The notes under the pieces were generated by a model. It did not search any database. It was not told the origin of the DNA and saw only the letters and a program-made list of their open reading frames with translations. The translations under genes were made by a program, and so were the position numbers. From positions 3,900,001 through 3,932,000 of the forward strand of contig NZ_LN831024.1 in assembly GCF_001457615.1 (NCBI RefSeq): 32,000 nucleotides of DNA. Reading direction: 5' to 3'. Position 1 is the stretch's first letter, and each line of letters opens with the position of its first letter. The DNA comes from Pseudomonas aeruginosa. GTDB taxonomy: Bacteria; Pseudomonadota; Gammaproteobacteria; Pseudomonadales; Pseudomonadaceae. Shown here in pieces: positions 24,734 to 32,000 of this stretch.

Positions 24734-24766
24734 GTTCTTGTCCAAGTAAACCTCCGTACAGACCAG

Positions 24767-24788
24767 AGCGCGCCCCAGGGGACGCGCC
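24767..24788 (-). other. GC-rich stem-loop in the fliA-cheY spacer
   Basis: The minus strand reads GGCGCGTCC-cctg-GGGCGCGCT, about 8 paired positions including one G-U. There is no U-tract. Confidence 0.35.
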
Positions 24789-24834
24789 ACACATTCTTTT
24801 GCGTTAACGGTTACAAGCTGCGGTCGAGGCCGGT

Positions 24835-25578
24835 TCAGGCCGACCGCCAATCGGCCAGGCGCGCGCGCAAACGCGCGGCGCACTGGCTGTGCAACTGGCT
24901 GACCCGCGATTCGCTGACGCCCAGTACCTCGCCGATCTCCTTGAGGTTGAGTTCCTCGTCGTAATACAACGCCAGCACCAGGCGCTCGCGCTCCGGCAAC
25001 TTGGCGATGGCATCCGCCAGGGCCGCCTGGAAACGTTCGTCGAGCAGGCCGTGGATCGGTTCGTTGTGACTGAGGCTGGTGTCTTCCGGCAATCCATGTT
25101 CGCCGTCCTGCAACAGGTCGTCGAAGCTGTACAGGCGGCTGCCCTGCGTGTCGCTGAGGATGCCGTAGTAATCTTCGAGGCTCAATTGGAGTTCGGCAGC
25201 AACTTCGTGATCTTTAGCGTCGCGTCCGGTTCTCGCCTCGATCGCGCGGATCGCGTCGGTCACCATGCGCGTGTTGCGGTGCACCGAACGCGGCGCCCAG
25301 TCGCCCTTGCGGACCTCGTCGAGCATGGCCCCGCGGATGCGGATGCCGGCATAGGTCTCGAAGCTGGCGCCCTTGCCGGCGTCGTATTTCTTCGCGGCCT
25401 CGAGCAGGCCGATCATGCCGGCCTGCATCAGGTCCTCCACCTGCACGCTGGCCGGCAGGCGGCCGAGCAGGTGATAGGCGATGCGCTTGACCAGTGGTGC
25501 GTAACGCTGGATCAGTTGCTCCTGGGAGTTCTGCGCTTGCGCCTTGCTATACATACGCACTCCAGAGGCCGCTGTCAT
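24835..25578 (-). CDS. fliA: Flagellar sigma factor FliA (sigma-28)
   Basis: 247 aa. Sigma-70 regions 2-4 ([18 protein letters not shown]; region 4 [26 protein letters not shown]). ATGA overlap with the fleN stop. Confidence 0.95.
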   Translation of the reverse strand: MTAASGVRMYSKAQAQNSQEQLIQRYAPLVKRIAYHLLGRLPASVQVEDLMQAGMIGLLEAAKKYDAGKGASFETYAGIRIRGAMLDEVRKGDWAPRSVHRNTRMVTDAIRAIEARTGRDAKDHEVAAELQLSLEDYYGILSDTQGSRLYSFDDLLQDGEHGLPEDTSLSHNEPIHGLLDERFQAALADAIAKLPERERLVLALYYDEELNLKEIGEVLGVSESRVSQLHSQCAARLRARLADWRSA

Positions 25579-26417
25579 ACGGCCGAACCTGTCGCGGGGT
25601 GTTGGACCAGTCGTTCGACGAAGAACTCCAGGTGCCCGCGCGGGTTGGCCGGCAGCGGCCAGCTGTCGACCTTCTGCGCGACCGCCTTGAAGGCCAGGGA
25701 CGCCTTCGAGCGGGGGAATGCCTCGTATACGGCTCGCTGTTTCTGCACGGCCTTGCGTACCGACTCGTCGTAAGGGATGACACCTACATACTGTAGTGCG
25801 ACGTCGAGGAAACGGTCAGTGACCTTGGTCAGTTTGGCGAACAGGTTGCGTCCTTCCTGCGGGCTGTGGGCCATGTTGGCCAGGACCCGGAAGCGGGTCA
25901 TGCCGTGGTCGCGGTTGAGCAGTTTGATCAGGGCGTAGGCATCGGTGATCGAGGTCGGCTCGTCGCAGACGACCAGCAGCACCTCCTGCGCGGCGCGGAC
26001 GAAACTGACCACCGAATCGCCGATCCCAGCGGCAGTGTCGACGACCAGGACATCGAGGTTGTCGCTGATATCGCTGAACGCCTGGATCAGCCCCGCATGC
26101 TGCATCGGCGAGAGGTGCACCATGCTCTGCGTGCCGGAGGCCGCGGGAACGATGCGCACGCCACCGGGACCGAGGAGGAGGACATCGCGCAGTTCGCAGC
26201 GTCCCTCGATCACGTCGGCCAGGGTGCGCTTGGGCGTGAGTCCCAGCAGGACGTCGACGTTGGCCAGGCCGAGGTCGGCATCCAGCAGCATGACGCGACG
26301 GCCGAGATCGGCCAGAGCCAGTGCCAGGTTCACCGACACATTGGTCTTGCCGACGCCGCCCTTGCCGCCAGTTACTGCGATCACCTGTACGGGATGCATG
26401 CTACCCATCTGCTTCAT
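25575..26417 (-). CDS. fleN: Flagellar number regulator FleN (FlhG/MinD-like ATPase)
   Basis: 280 aa. Deviant Walker A GGKGGVGKTNVS and LLDADLGLANVDVLLG. Confidence 0.93.
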   Translation of the reverse strand: MKQMGSMHPVQVIAVTGGKGGVGKTNVSVNLALALADLGRRVMLLDADLGLANVDVLLGLTPKRTLADVIEGRCELRDVLLLGPGGVRIVPAASGTQSMVHLSPMQHAGLIQAFSDISDNLDVLVVDTAAGIGDSVVSFVRAAQEVLLVVCDEPTSITDAYALIKLLNRDHGMTRFRVLANMAHSPQEGRNLFAKLTKVTDRFLDVALQYVGVIPYDESVRKAVQKQRAVYEAFPRSKASLAFKAVAQKVDSWPLPANPRGHLEFFVERLVQHPATGSAV

Positions 26418-26555
26418 ACCTTGTGTTGTCGTCTTCCCGGAACGCCCCTTCCAGCGCTCTCCGGTATTGGCGGGAACGATGCGCCATCGCTCCCGGCCCG
26501 GCGGAAGCCACCTTCGCTTCCGTCACCCGCGCCACGCGCGGTTCTTCCCACATCC

Positions 26556-27845
26556 TCAGCCGGCACGCCGCGCCGGTTGCTGGTAGAGCCCGGCGAACAG
26601 CTCGGCCATGGCGTCCTCGCTGGGCTCTTCCGGTGCCTGCAGGCTCACCGCCCGGCTGACCAGTTGGTGACTGCGCGCCACCTGCAGGTCGTCCGGAATC
26701 CGCGGCCCATCCGCCAGATAGGCTACCGGGAGACGCTGGGCGATAGCCAGCGCCATCGATTCACCGAGGCTGCCCGCCTCGTCCAGCTTAGTCAGGATGC
26801 AACCCGCCAGCCCGCAGTGCCGATAGGTCTGGTAGGCCGACTTGAGCACCTGGCTCTGGCTGGTGGTGGCCATCACCAGGTAATTCTTCACGTTCAGGCT
26901 CGGCGACGCCAGTGCCTCGAGCTGCATGCGCAATGCCGGGTCGCTGGCCGGCAGGCCGGCGGTATCGATCAGCACCATGCGCTTGCGCGCCAGCGGCGCC
27001 AGGGCCTGGATCAGCGACTGGCCGGGATCGACCAGGGTCACCGGTACGTTGAGGATCCGACCGAGGGTCTTGATCTGCTCCTGGGCGCCGATCCGGTAGC
27101 TGTCCATGCTCACCAGCGCCAGGCTCTGGGCGCCGTACTTGAGGACGTAGCGCGCGGCCATCTTCGCCAGGGTGGTGGTCTTGCCGGCACCTGCCGGGCC
27201 GACCAGGGCCAGTACGCCGCCCGCGTCGAGCGGGTCCTGCTCGGGGGTCTGCACGGCACGCGACAGGTGCGCCAACAGCATGCGCCAGGCCTGGCGCGTA
27301 TCGCCCACCGCGGCGACCCGCTCCAGCAACGGCTTGCTCAGCTCCGCCGGCAAGCCCATGCGCTGCAGGCGCCGCCAGAGATTGGCCTGCTGCGGACGCT
27401 GGTGCTGCAACTGGCCCCAGGCGATGGAACCCAGTTGTACCTCGATCAGCTCGCGCAGGCCGTTCAGTTCGAAACGCATTGCCTCGAGGGTCTGGCCGCC
27501 CGCCTGGGGCTTGGCCTGCGCCGCCGTCATGGACTCGGCCAGGGACGGACGCGCCGGCTTCTCCTCGGCGAACAATTGACGGTCCTTGCGCTGGGTTTCC
27601 GCCGGACGCGCCGTCAACTCGGCGCGCGCCTCTGCGATCCGCGCCTGGGTCTTGCGCAGCTCCACTTCCAGCGCCGGGTTGGGCTTGCTCGGCGCCGGCG
27701 GGGCCTGGTAATCCAGCGCCGCGGTCAGCTCGATGCCGCCGGCGACCCGGCGGTTGCCGAGAATCGCGGCGTCCGGACCCAGTTCGTCGCGGACCAGTTT
27801 CATGGCCTGGCGCATATCGGCGGCGAAGAAGCGTTTGACTTGCAT
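26556..27845 (-). CDS. flhF: Flagellar biosynthesis SRP-like GTPase FlhF
   Basis: 429 aa. N-terminal MQVKRFFAADMRQAMKLVRDELGPDAAIL and the SRP-GTPase motifs GPAGAGKTTT, DTAG and TKLDE. Confidence 0.95.
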   Translation of the reverse strand: MQVKRFFAADMRQAMKLVRDELGPDAAILGNRRVAGGIELTAALDYQAPPAPSKPNPALEVELRKTQARIAEARAELTARPAETQRKDRQLFAEEKPARPSLAESMTAAQAKPQAGGQTLEAMRFELNGLRELIEVQLGSIAWGQLQHQRPQQANLWRRLQRMGLPAELSKPLLERVAAVGDTRQAWRMLLAHLSRAVQTPEQDPLDAGGVLALVGPAGAGKTTTLAKMAARYVLKYGAQSLALVSMDSYRIGAQEQIKTLGRILNVPVTLVDPGQSLIQALAPLARKRMVLIDTAGLPASDPALRMQLEALASPSLNVKNYLVMATTSQSQVLKSAYQTYRHCGLAGCILTKLDEAGSLGESMALAIAQRLPVAYLADGPRIPDDLQVARSHQLVSRAVSLQAPEEPSEDAMAELFAGLYQQPARRAG

Positions 27846-27876
27846 TGCCCGAACCCCTCAGTTCAGTAGTCTTGCC

Positions 27877-27893
27877 GGCAACCTCAGGTTGCC
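27877..27893 (-). other. Perfect 7-bp stem-loop in the flhA-flhF spacer
   Basis: GGCAACC-tca-GGTTGCC. There is no U-tract. Confidence 0.4.
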
Positions 27894-27928
27894 CGGTGTG
27901 CCGGCCCTGGAGCCGGCGCAGCCCTCGT

Positions 27929-30052
27929 TCAGTTCTGTCCCACCGTCGCGACGATGGTGACTTGCTTGTTGTCCGGGATTTCCTGGTAGGCCAGCACATG
28001 CATGCTGGGCACCGCCATCCGCGCGAAGCGCGACATCATCGAGCGGATCGGTCCGGCAACCAGCAGGATCGCCGGCTTACCGAGCATCTCCTGGCGTTGC
28101 GCGCTCTCGATCAGCGAGCGTTGCAGCTTCTCGGCCATCCCCGGCTCCAGCAACATGCCGTCCTCGGAGCCTTGTCCGGCCTTCTGCATGCTGTTCAGCA
28201 AAATCTGTTCCAACCTCGGCTCGAGCGTGATCACAGGCAGCTCCGGCTCAAGCCCGACAATGCTTTGCACGATTGCGCGGGACAACGCGACGCGAACCGC
28301 GGCGACCATCGCGCCGGGATCTTGACTCCGTGGAGCGACGTTGGCGATGGCCTCGGCGATGGTACGGATGTCGCGCACCGGCACCTGCTCCTGGAGCAGC
28401 GCCTGCAGGACCTTGAGCAGGGTGGACAGGGAAATCAGCCCCGGCACCAGCTCTTCCGCCAGCTTCGGCGAGCTGCGCGCGAGCAATTGCAGGAGCTGTT
28501 GCACTTCTTCATGGCCCAGCAGCTCGTGGGCGTGCTTGTGCAGCACCTGGTTCAGGTGAGTGGCGACCACGGTGCTCGCATCCACCACGGTGTAGCCCAG
28601 CGACTGCGCCTGGTCGCGCTGGCCGGGCTCGATCCATACCGCCTCCAGGCCGAAGGCCGGGTCCTTGCCGGCGATGCCGTTGAGGCTGCCGAATACCTGG
28701 CCGGGGTTGATCGCCAGCTCGCGATCGGGATAGATCTCCGCTTCGGCCACGCTGACCCCCATCAGGGTCAGACGGTAGGCGTTGGGCAGCAGGTCGAGGT
28801 TGTCGCGGATGTGCACCGAGGGCATCAGGAAGCCCAGCTCCTGGGACAGCTTCTTGCGTACGCCCTTGATCCGCGCCAGCAGTTGCCCGCCCTGGTTGCG
28901 GTCGACCAGCGGGATCAGCCGGTAGCCGACTTCCAGGCCGACCATGTCCACCGGGGTGACGTCGTCCCAACCCAGTTCCTTGACCTCCTGGGCGCGCTGC
29001 GCCGGCAGCAGCTCCTGCTGGCGCTGCACCTCCTGCTCGGCGACCTGCTTGGCCTTGTTCTGCCGGTGCCAGATCCAGTAGGCGGCAGCGCCGGCCAGGG
29101 CGCCGAGGCCGATGAAGGAAACATGCGGCATGCCCGGCACGGCGCCCATGGCGATCAGGATCGCCGCGGAAATCGCCAGCGCCTTGGGCGAGGCGAACAT
29201 CTGCCGGTTGACCTGCTGGCCCATGTCCTCGGAACTGGAGACCCGCGTCACCATGATCGCCGCCGCGGTCGACAGCAGCAGCGACGGCAGTTGTGCCACC
29301 AGGCCGTCACCGATGGTCAGCAGGGCGTAGACCTTGCCGGCGTCGCCGAAGGACATCGAATGCTGGATCATGCCGATGGCGACGCCGCCGATCAGGTTGA
29401 TGAAGAGAATCAGCAGGCCGGCGATGGCGTCGCCGCGGACGAACTTGCTGGCACCGTCCATCGAACCGTAGAAGTCGGCCTCCTGGGCCACCTCGCTGCG
29501 GCGCTTCTTGGCTTCCTCCTGCTCGATCAGGCCGGCGTTGAGGTCGGCGTCGATGGCCATCTGCTTGCCGGGCATGGCATCCAGGGTGAAGCGCGCGCTG
29601 ACTTCGGAAATCCGCCCGGCGCCCTTGGTCACCACCACGAAGTTGATGATCATGAGGATCGCGAACACCACCACCCCGACCACGTAGTTGCCGCCGATCA
29701 CCACTTCGCCGAAGGCCTGGATCACCTTGCCTGCGGCGCCATGGCCGTCGTGGCCGTGGAGCAGCACCACGCGGGTCGAGGCAACGTTCAGCGCCAGGCG
29801 CAACAGGGTCGCCACCAGCAGGATGGTCGGGAACACGGCGAAGTCCAGCGGCCGCAGGGCGTACACGCAGACCAGCAGGACGACGATGGACAGGGCGATG
29901 TTGAAGGTGAACAGCACGTCCAGCAGGAATGGCGGGATCGGCAGGGTCATCATCGCCAGCATGGCCAGCAGCAGGATCGGCACGCCGAGGCTGCCGCGCC
30001 CCAGCCCCGCCAGGTTGCTGCGCACATTGCTGATCAGTTGCGTGCGATCCAC
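27929..30052 (-). CDS. flhA: Flagellar type III export gate protein FlhA
   Basis: 707 aa. GTG start at 30050-30052 with SD GGGGAG 7 nt upstream. FHIPEP N-terminal membrane domain (FPTILLVATLLRLALNVASTR, GAGRISEVSARFTLDAMPGKQMAIDADL) and a cytoplasmic C-terminal domain. Confidence 0.95.
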   Translation of the reverse strand: MDRTQLISNVRSNLAGLGRGSLGVPILLLAMLAMMTLPIPPFLLDVLFTFNIALSIVVLLVCVYALRPLDFAVFPTILLVATLLRLALNVASTRVVLLHGHDGHGAAGKVIQAFGEVVIGGNYVVGVVVFAILMIINFVVVTKGAGRISEVSARFTLDAMPGKQMAIDADLNAGLIEQEEAKKRRSEVAQEADFYGSMDGASKFVRGDAIAGLLILFINLIGGVAIGMIQHSMSFGDAGKVYALLTIGDGLVAQLPSLLLSTAAAIMVTRVSSSEDMGQQVNRQMFASPKALAISAAILIAMGAVPGMPHVSFIGLGALAGAAAYWIWHRQNKAKQVAEQEVQRQQELLPAQRAQEVKELGWDDVTPVDMVGLEVGYRLIPLVDRNQGGQLLARIKGVRKKLSQELGFLMPSVHIRDNLDLLPNAYRLTLMGVSVAEAEIYPDRELAINPGQVFGSLNGIAGKDPAFGLEAVWIEPGQRDQAQSLGYTVVDASTVVATHLNQVLHKHAHELLGHEEVQQLLQLLARSSPKLAEELVPGLISLSTLLKVLQALLQEQVPVRDIRTIAEAIANVAPRSQDPGAMVAAVRVALSRAIVQSIVGLEPELPVITLEPRLEQILLNSMQKAGQGSEDGMLLEPGMAEKLQRSLIESAQRQEMLGKPAILLVAGPIRSMMSRFARMAVPSMHVLAYQEIPDNKQVTIVATVGQN

Positions 30053-30076
30053 TCTCGACTCCCCTGCCCTGCGTAT

Positions 30077-30096
30077 GGCGCCCGTAGGTGGGCGCC
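30077..30096 (-). other. Stem-loop in the flhA 5' leader
   Basis: GGCGCCC-gtaggt-GGGCGCC, a perfect 7-bp stem, lying between the predicted sigma-54 promoter and the start codon. Confidence 0.45.
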
Positions 30097-30097
30097 G

Positions 30098-30111
30098 AAC
30101 AAACTTTTGAC
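30098..30111 (-). promoter_or_regulatory. Weak FleQ-box-like sequence in the flhA leader
   Basis: The minus strand reads GTCAAAAGTTTGTT, 9/14 matches to the FleQ consensus as I recall it (GTCAATAAATTGAC). It lies downstream of the sigma-54 promoter, which fits reports of atypical downstream FleQ binding at flhA. Confidence 0.25.
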
Positions 30112-30137
30112 GCCGGAATGCGCGTCGGGCGGGTCAT

Positions 30138-30153
30138 TGCAGGAACCGTTCCA
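30138..30153 (-). promoter_or_regulatory. Sigma-54 (RpoN) promoter of flhA
   Basis: The minus strand reads TGGAAC-GGTTC-CTGCA compared with the consensus TGGCAC-N5-TTGCA. The GG-N10-GC spacing is exact. It lies about 85 nt upstream of the flhA start. Confidence 0.65.
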
Positions 30154-30155
30154 AC

Positions 30156-30177
30156 TTTTCAATTCATTGATTGAAAA
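30156..30177. promoter_or_regulatory. AT-rich perfect inverted repeat with an IHF-consensus match, abutting the sigma-54 -24 element
   Basis: TTTTCAAT-N6-ATTGAAAA. The minus strand contains AATCAATGAATTG, which matches WATCAANNNNTTR. It could also act as a weak terminator for the upstream gene. Confidence 0.4.
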
Positions 30178-30191
30178 AGGGTTTTCGCCAA

Positions 30192-31544
30192 TCACCAACT
30201 GCCGGAGGCGCCACCACCGCCACTCGAGCCTCCGCCGCCGGAGAACGAGTCCGAAGACGAACTGGACGAACTCGACGACGAGGAAGACGAGGAACCCGAT
30301 GAGCTAGCGTAATCGCCGCCGCGCCGACGCCCTCCCCCCGAGCCGCCGGCGCTGAAATTGCAACCGATGAGCAGCGGCAGGCAAGCGGCGGGCAGGATGA
30401 TCAGCGCCTCGATGCTGTTCAGCGGGTCGTCCACCAGCAACAGCAGACACTCCAGGGCCAGGGTCAGCAGCAGGCCGAGCAGGCCCGGCAGGTAGGCCCA
30501 GCGCCGTCCTCTGCGCAGCCCCTGCCAGGCACCGGCCAGCATCAGCAGGGTCAGCCCCAGCGAAAGCGGCACGGCCAATCCGTAATGAAGCACCGGCAGG
30601 CCATAACGGCCGTAGGCCCAGAACAGCCCCAGCGCATAGAGCACAAGAATGGCGAAGAACCAGCGGGCACCGCGCGAATACTTGAGCAAGGCGCCGAAGC
30701 CGACGCCCAGGACCGCCACCATCTCCGCCAGCGCCACCATCGCCCATGCCGGCCAGTGTCGCCCCAGTGCCAACGCCGCAGCGAGCGCCACTACCGTACC
30801 CAGGGTCCAGTACCAGGCGCGCGGGCGTACCAGCAGCGCCACCCCGCCGAGAGCGCCGAGCAGGAATGCGATAGCCAGGGTCTGCCGTACCGCGCCGGGC
30901 TCCAGCGGGTCGCGCGGCGGCGGCGGCAACGCCTCGCCGTCGATCAGTCGTACCAGGCGCTGCGCCGCCGCTTCCAGGCCGCCGGCGTAGTCTTGCTGAC
31001 GGAACGCAGGGGTCATGTATTCGCGGATGATCCGCCCGGCATCGATGTCGGTGATCGTTCCTTCCAGGCCATAGCCGACTTCAATGCGCATGCGCCGGTC
31101 GTCCTTCGCCACCAGCACCAGGACGCCGTCATCGATCCCCTTGCGCCCCAGCTTCCACGCCTCGAAGACCCGCGTCGCATAGGCCTCGATGCTGTCCGGA
31201 TAGGTGCTGGGCACCATCAGGATCGCTACCTGGGCACCCTTCCGGGCCTCCAGCGCGGCCAGCGAAGCTTCCAGGCGGGCACGCTCGGCGGCGTCGAGGG
31301 TCGCGGTAAGGTCGGTCACCCGCCGCGCCAGCGCCGGAACCTCCGCGGACTCGTAGCCCGCATCGCGCGCTGCCTCGGCCTCGGCGCCGACCGCCGATGC
31401 CTCCACGGCCTCCTCCTCGACATCGGACGCTGCCACCGCGACGGTGACCGGCACCGTCGCGGTGGCAACGGAGGGAATCGCGGCGGCGCAGAGCAGCATG
31501 CCGAACAGGCGAAGCATGGCGAGATAACGCGTGATTGCAGACAT
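30192..31544 (-). CDS. TPM-domain (YgcG-like) membrane protein with a Gly/Ser-rich C-terminal tail
   Basis: 450 aa from ATG at 31542-31544 (SD GGAG 8 nt upstream). Signal peptide MSAITRYLAMLRLFGMLLCAAAIPSVATA, TPM core (VTDLTATLDAAERARLEASLAALEARKGAQVAILMVPS..., VLVLVAKDDRRMRIEVGYGLEG), several TM helices, a run of 14 Ser, and the tail FSGGGGSSGGGGASGSW. The track ORF is over-extended to 31970. Confidence 0.85.
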   Translation of the reverse strand: MSAITRYLAMLRLFGMLLCAAAIPSVATATVPVTVAVAASDVEEEAVEASAVGAEAEAARDAGYESAEVPALARRVTDLTATLDAAERARLEASLAALEARKGAQVAILMVPSTYPDSIEAYATRVFEAWKLGRKGIDDGVLVLVAKDDRRMRIEVGYGLEGTITDIDAGRIIREYMTPAFRQQDYAGGLEAAAQRLVRLIDGEALPPPPRDPLEPGAVRQTLAIAFLLGALGGVALLVRPRAWYWTLGTVVALAAALALGRHWPAWAMVALAEMVAVLGVGFGALLKYSRGARWFFAILVLYALGLFWAYGRYGLPVLHYGLAVPLSLGLTLLMLAGAWQGLRRGRRWAYLPGLLGLLLTLALECLLLLVDDPLNSIEALIILPAACLPLLIGCNFSAGGSGGGRRRGGDYASSSGSSSSSSSSSSSSSSDSFSGGGGSSGGGGASGSW

Positions 31545-31576
31545 CCTTGTCTCCGAATGAAATGAACGGGAACCCA

Positions 31577-32000
31577 TTACCAACTGCCCGAGGCACCGCC
31601 TCCGCCGCTGGAACCACCGCCCCCGGAAAAGCCGCCGGACGACGAGGAGGAAGAGGAGGAGGAACCGCCGCCGGAGCTTCCCGACGAGCCTCCCCCCCCA
31701 CTCAGGCGTACCTGGCCGAACACCAGCAGCCCGAGCATGAGCAGGAACGGTAGCAGGGCCAGCCAGACCAGCGGTACGTCCAGGCCACCGGACAGCAATC
31801 CGAGCAGCAGGTAGGCCGCCAGCAACGCCCACAGTCGGCGGTGGAAACTTTTCCGCCGCTCGCGCCATAGCGAGCGCATCAGGCGGTAGTTCGACCAGCA
31901 GAGAACCGCCAGCATCAGCACCCCGGCCGGCCACAGCAGGCCGTAGATGAAGGACACCGCGCTGAACCAATGCGCCGCCAGCCCGAGCAGGGCTACATAG
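31577..32000 (-). CDS. Membrane protein with the same Gly/Ser C-terminal tail; probably truncated by the window edge
   Basis: The frame is open to nt 32000 (YVALLGLAAHWFSAV...). The only in-window start is GTG at 31957. It has 2-3 TM helices and then GGGGSSGSSGGGSSSSSSSSSGGFSGGGGSSGGGGASGSW. Confidence 0.65.
   Translation of the reverse strand, partial: YVALLGLAAHWFSAVSFIYGLLWPAGVLMLAVLCWSNYRLMRSLWRERRKSFHRRLWALLAAYLLLGLLSGGLDVPLVWLALLPFLLMLGLLVFGQVRLSGGGGSSGSSGGGSSSSSSSSSGGFSGGGGSSGGGGASGSW

Noticed and set aside
25190-25216. TAAAG-N14-GCCGAACT on the minus strand inside fliA, a possible sigma-28 promoter for cheY
   Set aside because: The -35 and spacing are perfect, but 3 of 8 positions in the -10 are wrong. 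The site lies within coding sequence about 460 nt upstream of cheY. This is too weak to call without a TSS. It is kept only as a candidate to test.
30246-30296. The poly-serine coding tract (14 Ser), considered as a slippage-prone simple repeat or phase-variation switch
   Set aside because: The codons are mixed (TCG, TCT, AGT, TCC), so there is no perfect tandem nucleotide repeat. Length changes would in any case stay in frame.
17204-30307. Other very long plus-strand ORFs (17204..20002, 932 aa; 19545..21107; 21744..23540; 25866..27869; 27845..30307, 820 aa) opposite the che/mot/flh genes
   Set aside because: Same reasoning as above. They are Arg/Ala/Gly/Pro-rich and featureless, and each is fully antisense to a gene with unmistakable family signatures. 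They were not called as coding.
1-32000. Search for tRNA, rRNA, CRISPR arrays, IS elements and prophage genes
   Set aside because: The longest non-coding gaps are 200 bp or less, and I read them individually. I saw no T-loop-like GGTTCGAATCC motif, no regularly spaced direct repeats and no terminal inverted repeats. The only tandem repetition is the intragenic cheA repeat.

Overview
High-GC (about two-thirds G+C) gamma-proteobacterial chromosomal DNA. Gene order and protein sequences match, from memory, the Pseudomonas aeruginosa PAO1 region PA1484 to PA1450 read in reverse orientation; I could not run a search to confirm this. There are four blocks. (1) 1-8150: the 3' end of a LuxR-type regulator gene, then on the minus strand the complete cytochrome c maturation operon ccmABCDEFGH-cycH and a small, easily missed lipoprotein gene. 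(2) 8.2-15.8 kb: poorly characterised genes in mixed orientation, namely a translationally coupled FliK-like / FlhB-C-terminal-like pair, a GNAT acetyltransferase, a Gly/His-rich secreted peptide, an SDR, a PgeF/YfiH homologue, a possible pseudo-receiver, a WYL-domain regulator divergent from a GST, and a DUF2802-type protein. (3) 15.8-30.05 kb, all minus strand: the flagellar/chemotaxis cluster flhA-flhF-fleN-fliA-cheY-cheZ-cheA-cheB-motC-motD, then a ParA-like gene, a CheW-like gene and cheW. (4) 30.2-32 kb: two membrane proteins (one with a TPM domain) that share an identical Gly/Ser C-terminal tail. I saw no rRNA, tRNA, CRISPR array, IS element or integrase. This is core genome, not an obvious new defence or mobile system. 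The points most worth follow-up are the orphan FliK-like/FlhB-CC-like pair, an apparently P2-less CheA linker with four near-identical acidic repeats whose motif recurs in CheZ and the CheW-like protein, candidate sigma-28 and sigma-54 promoters with unusual architecture, and the conserved GS tails. The many long plus-strand ORFs in the track are high-GC shadow ORFs.
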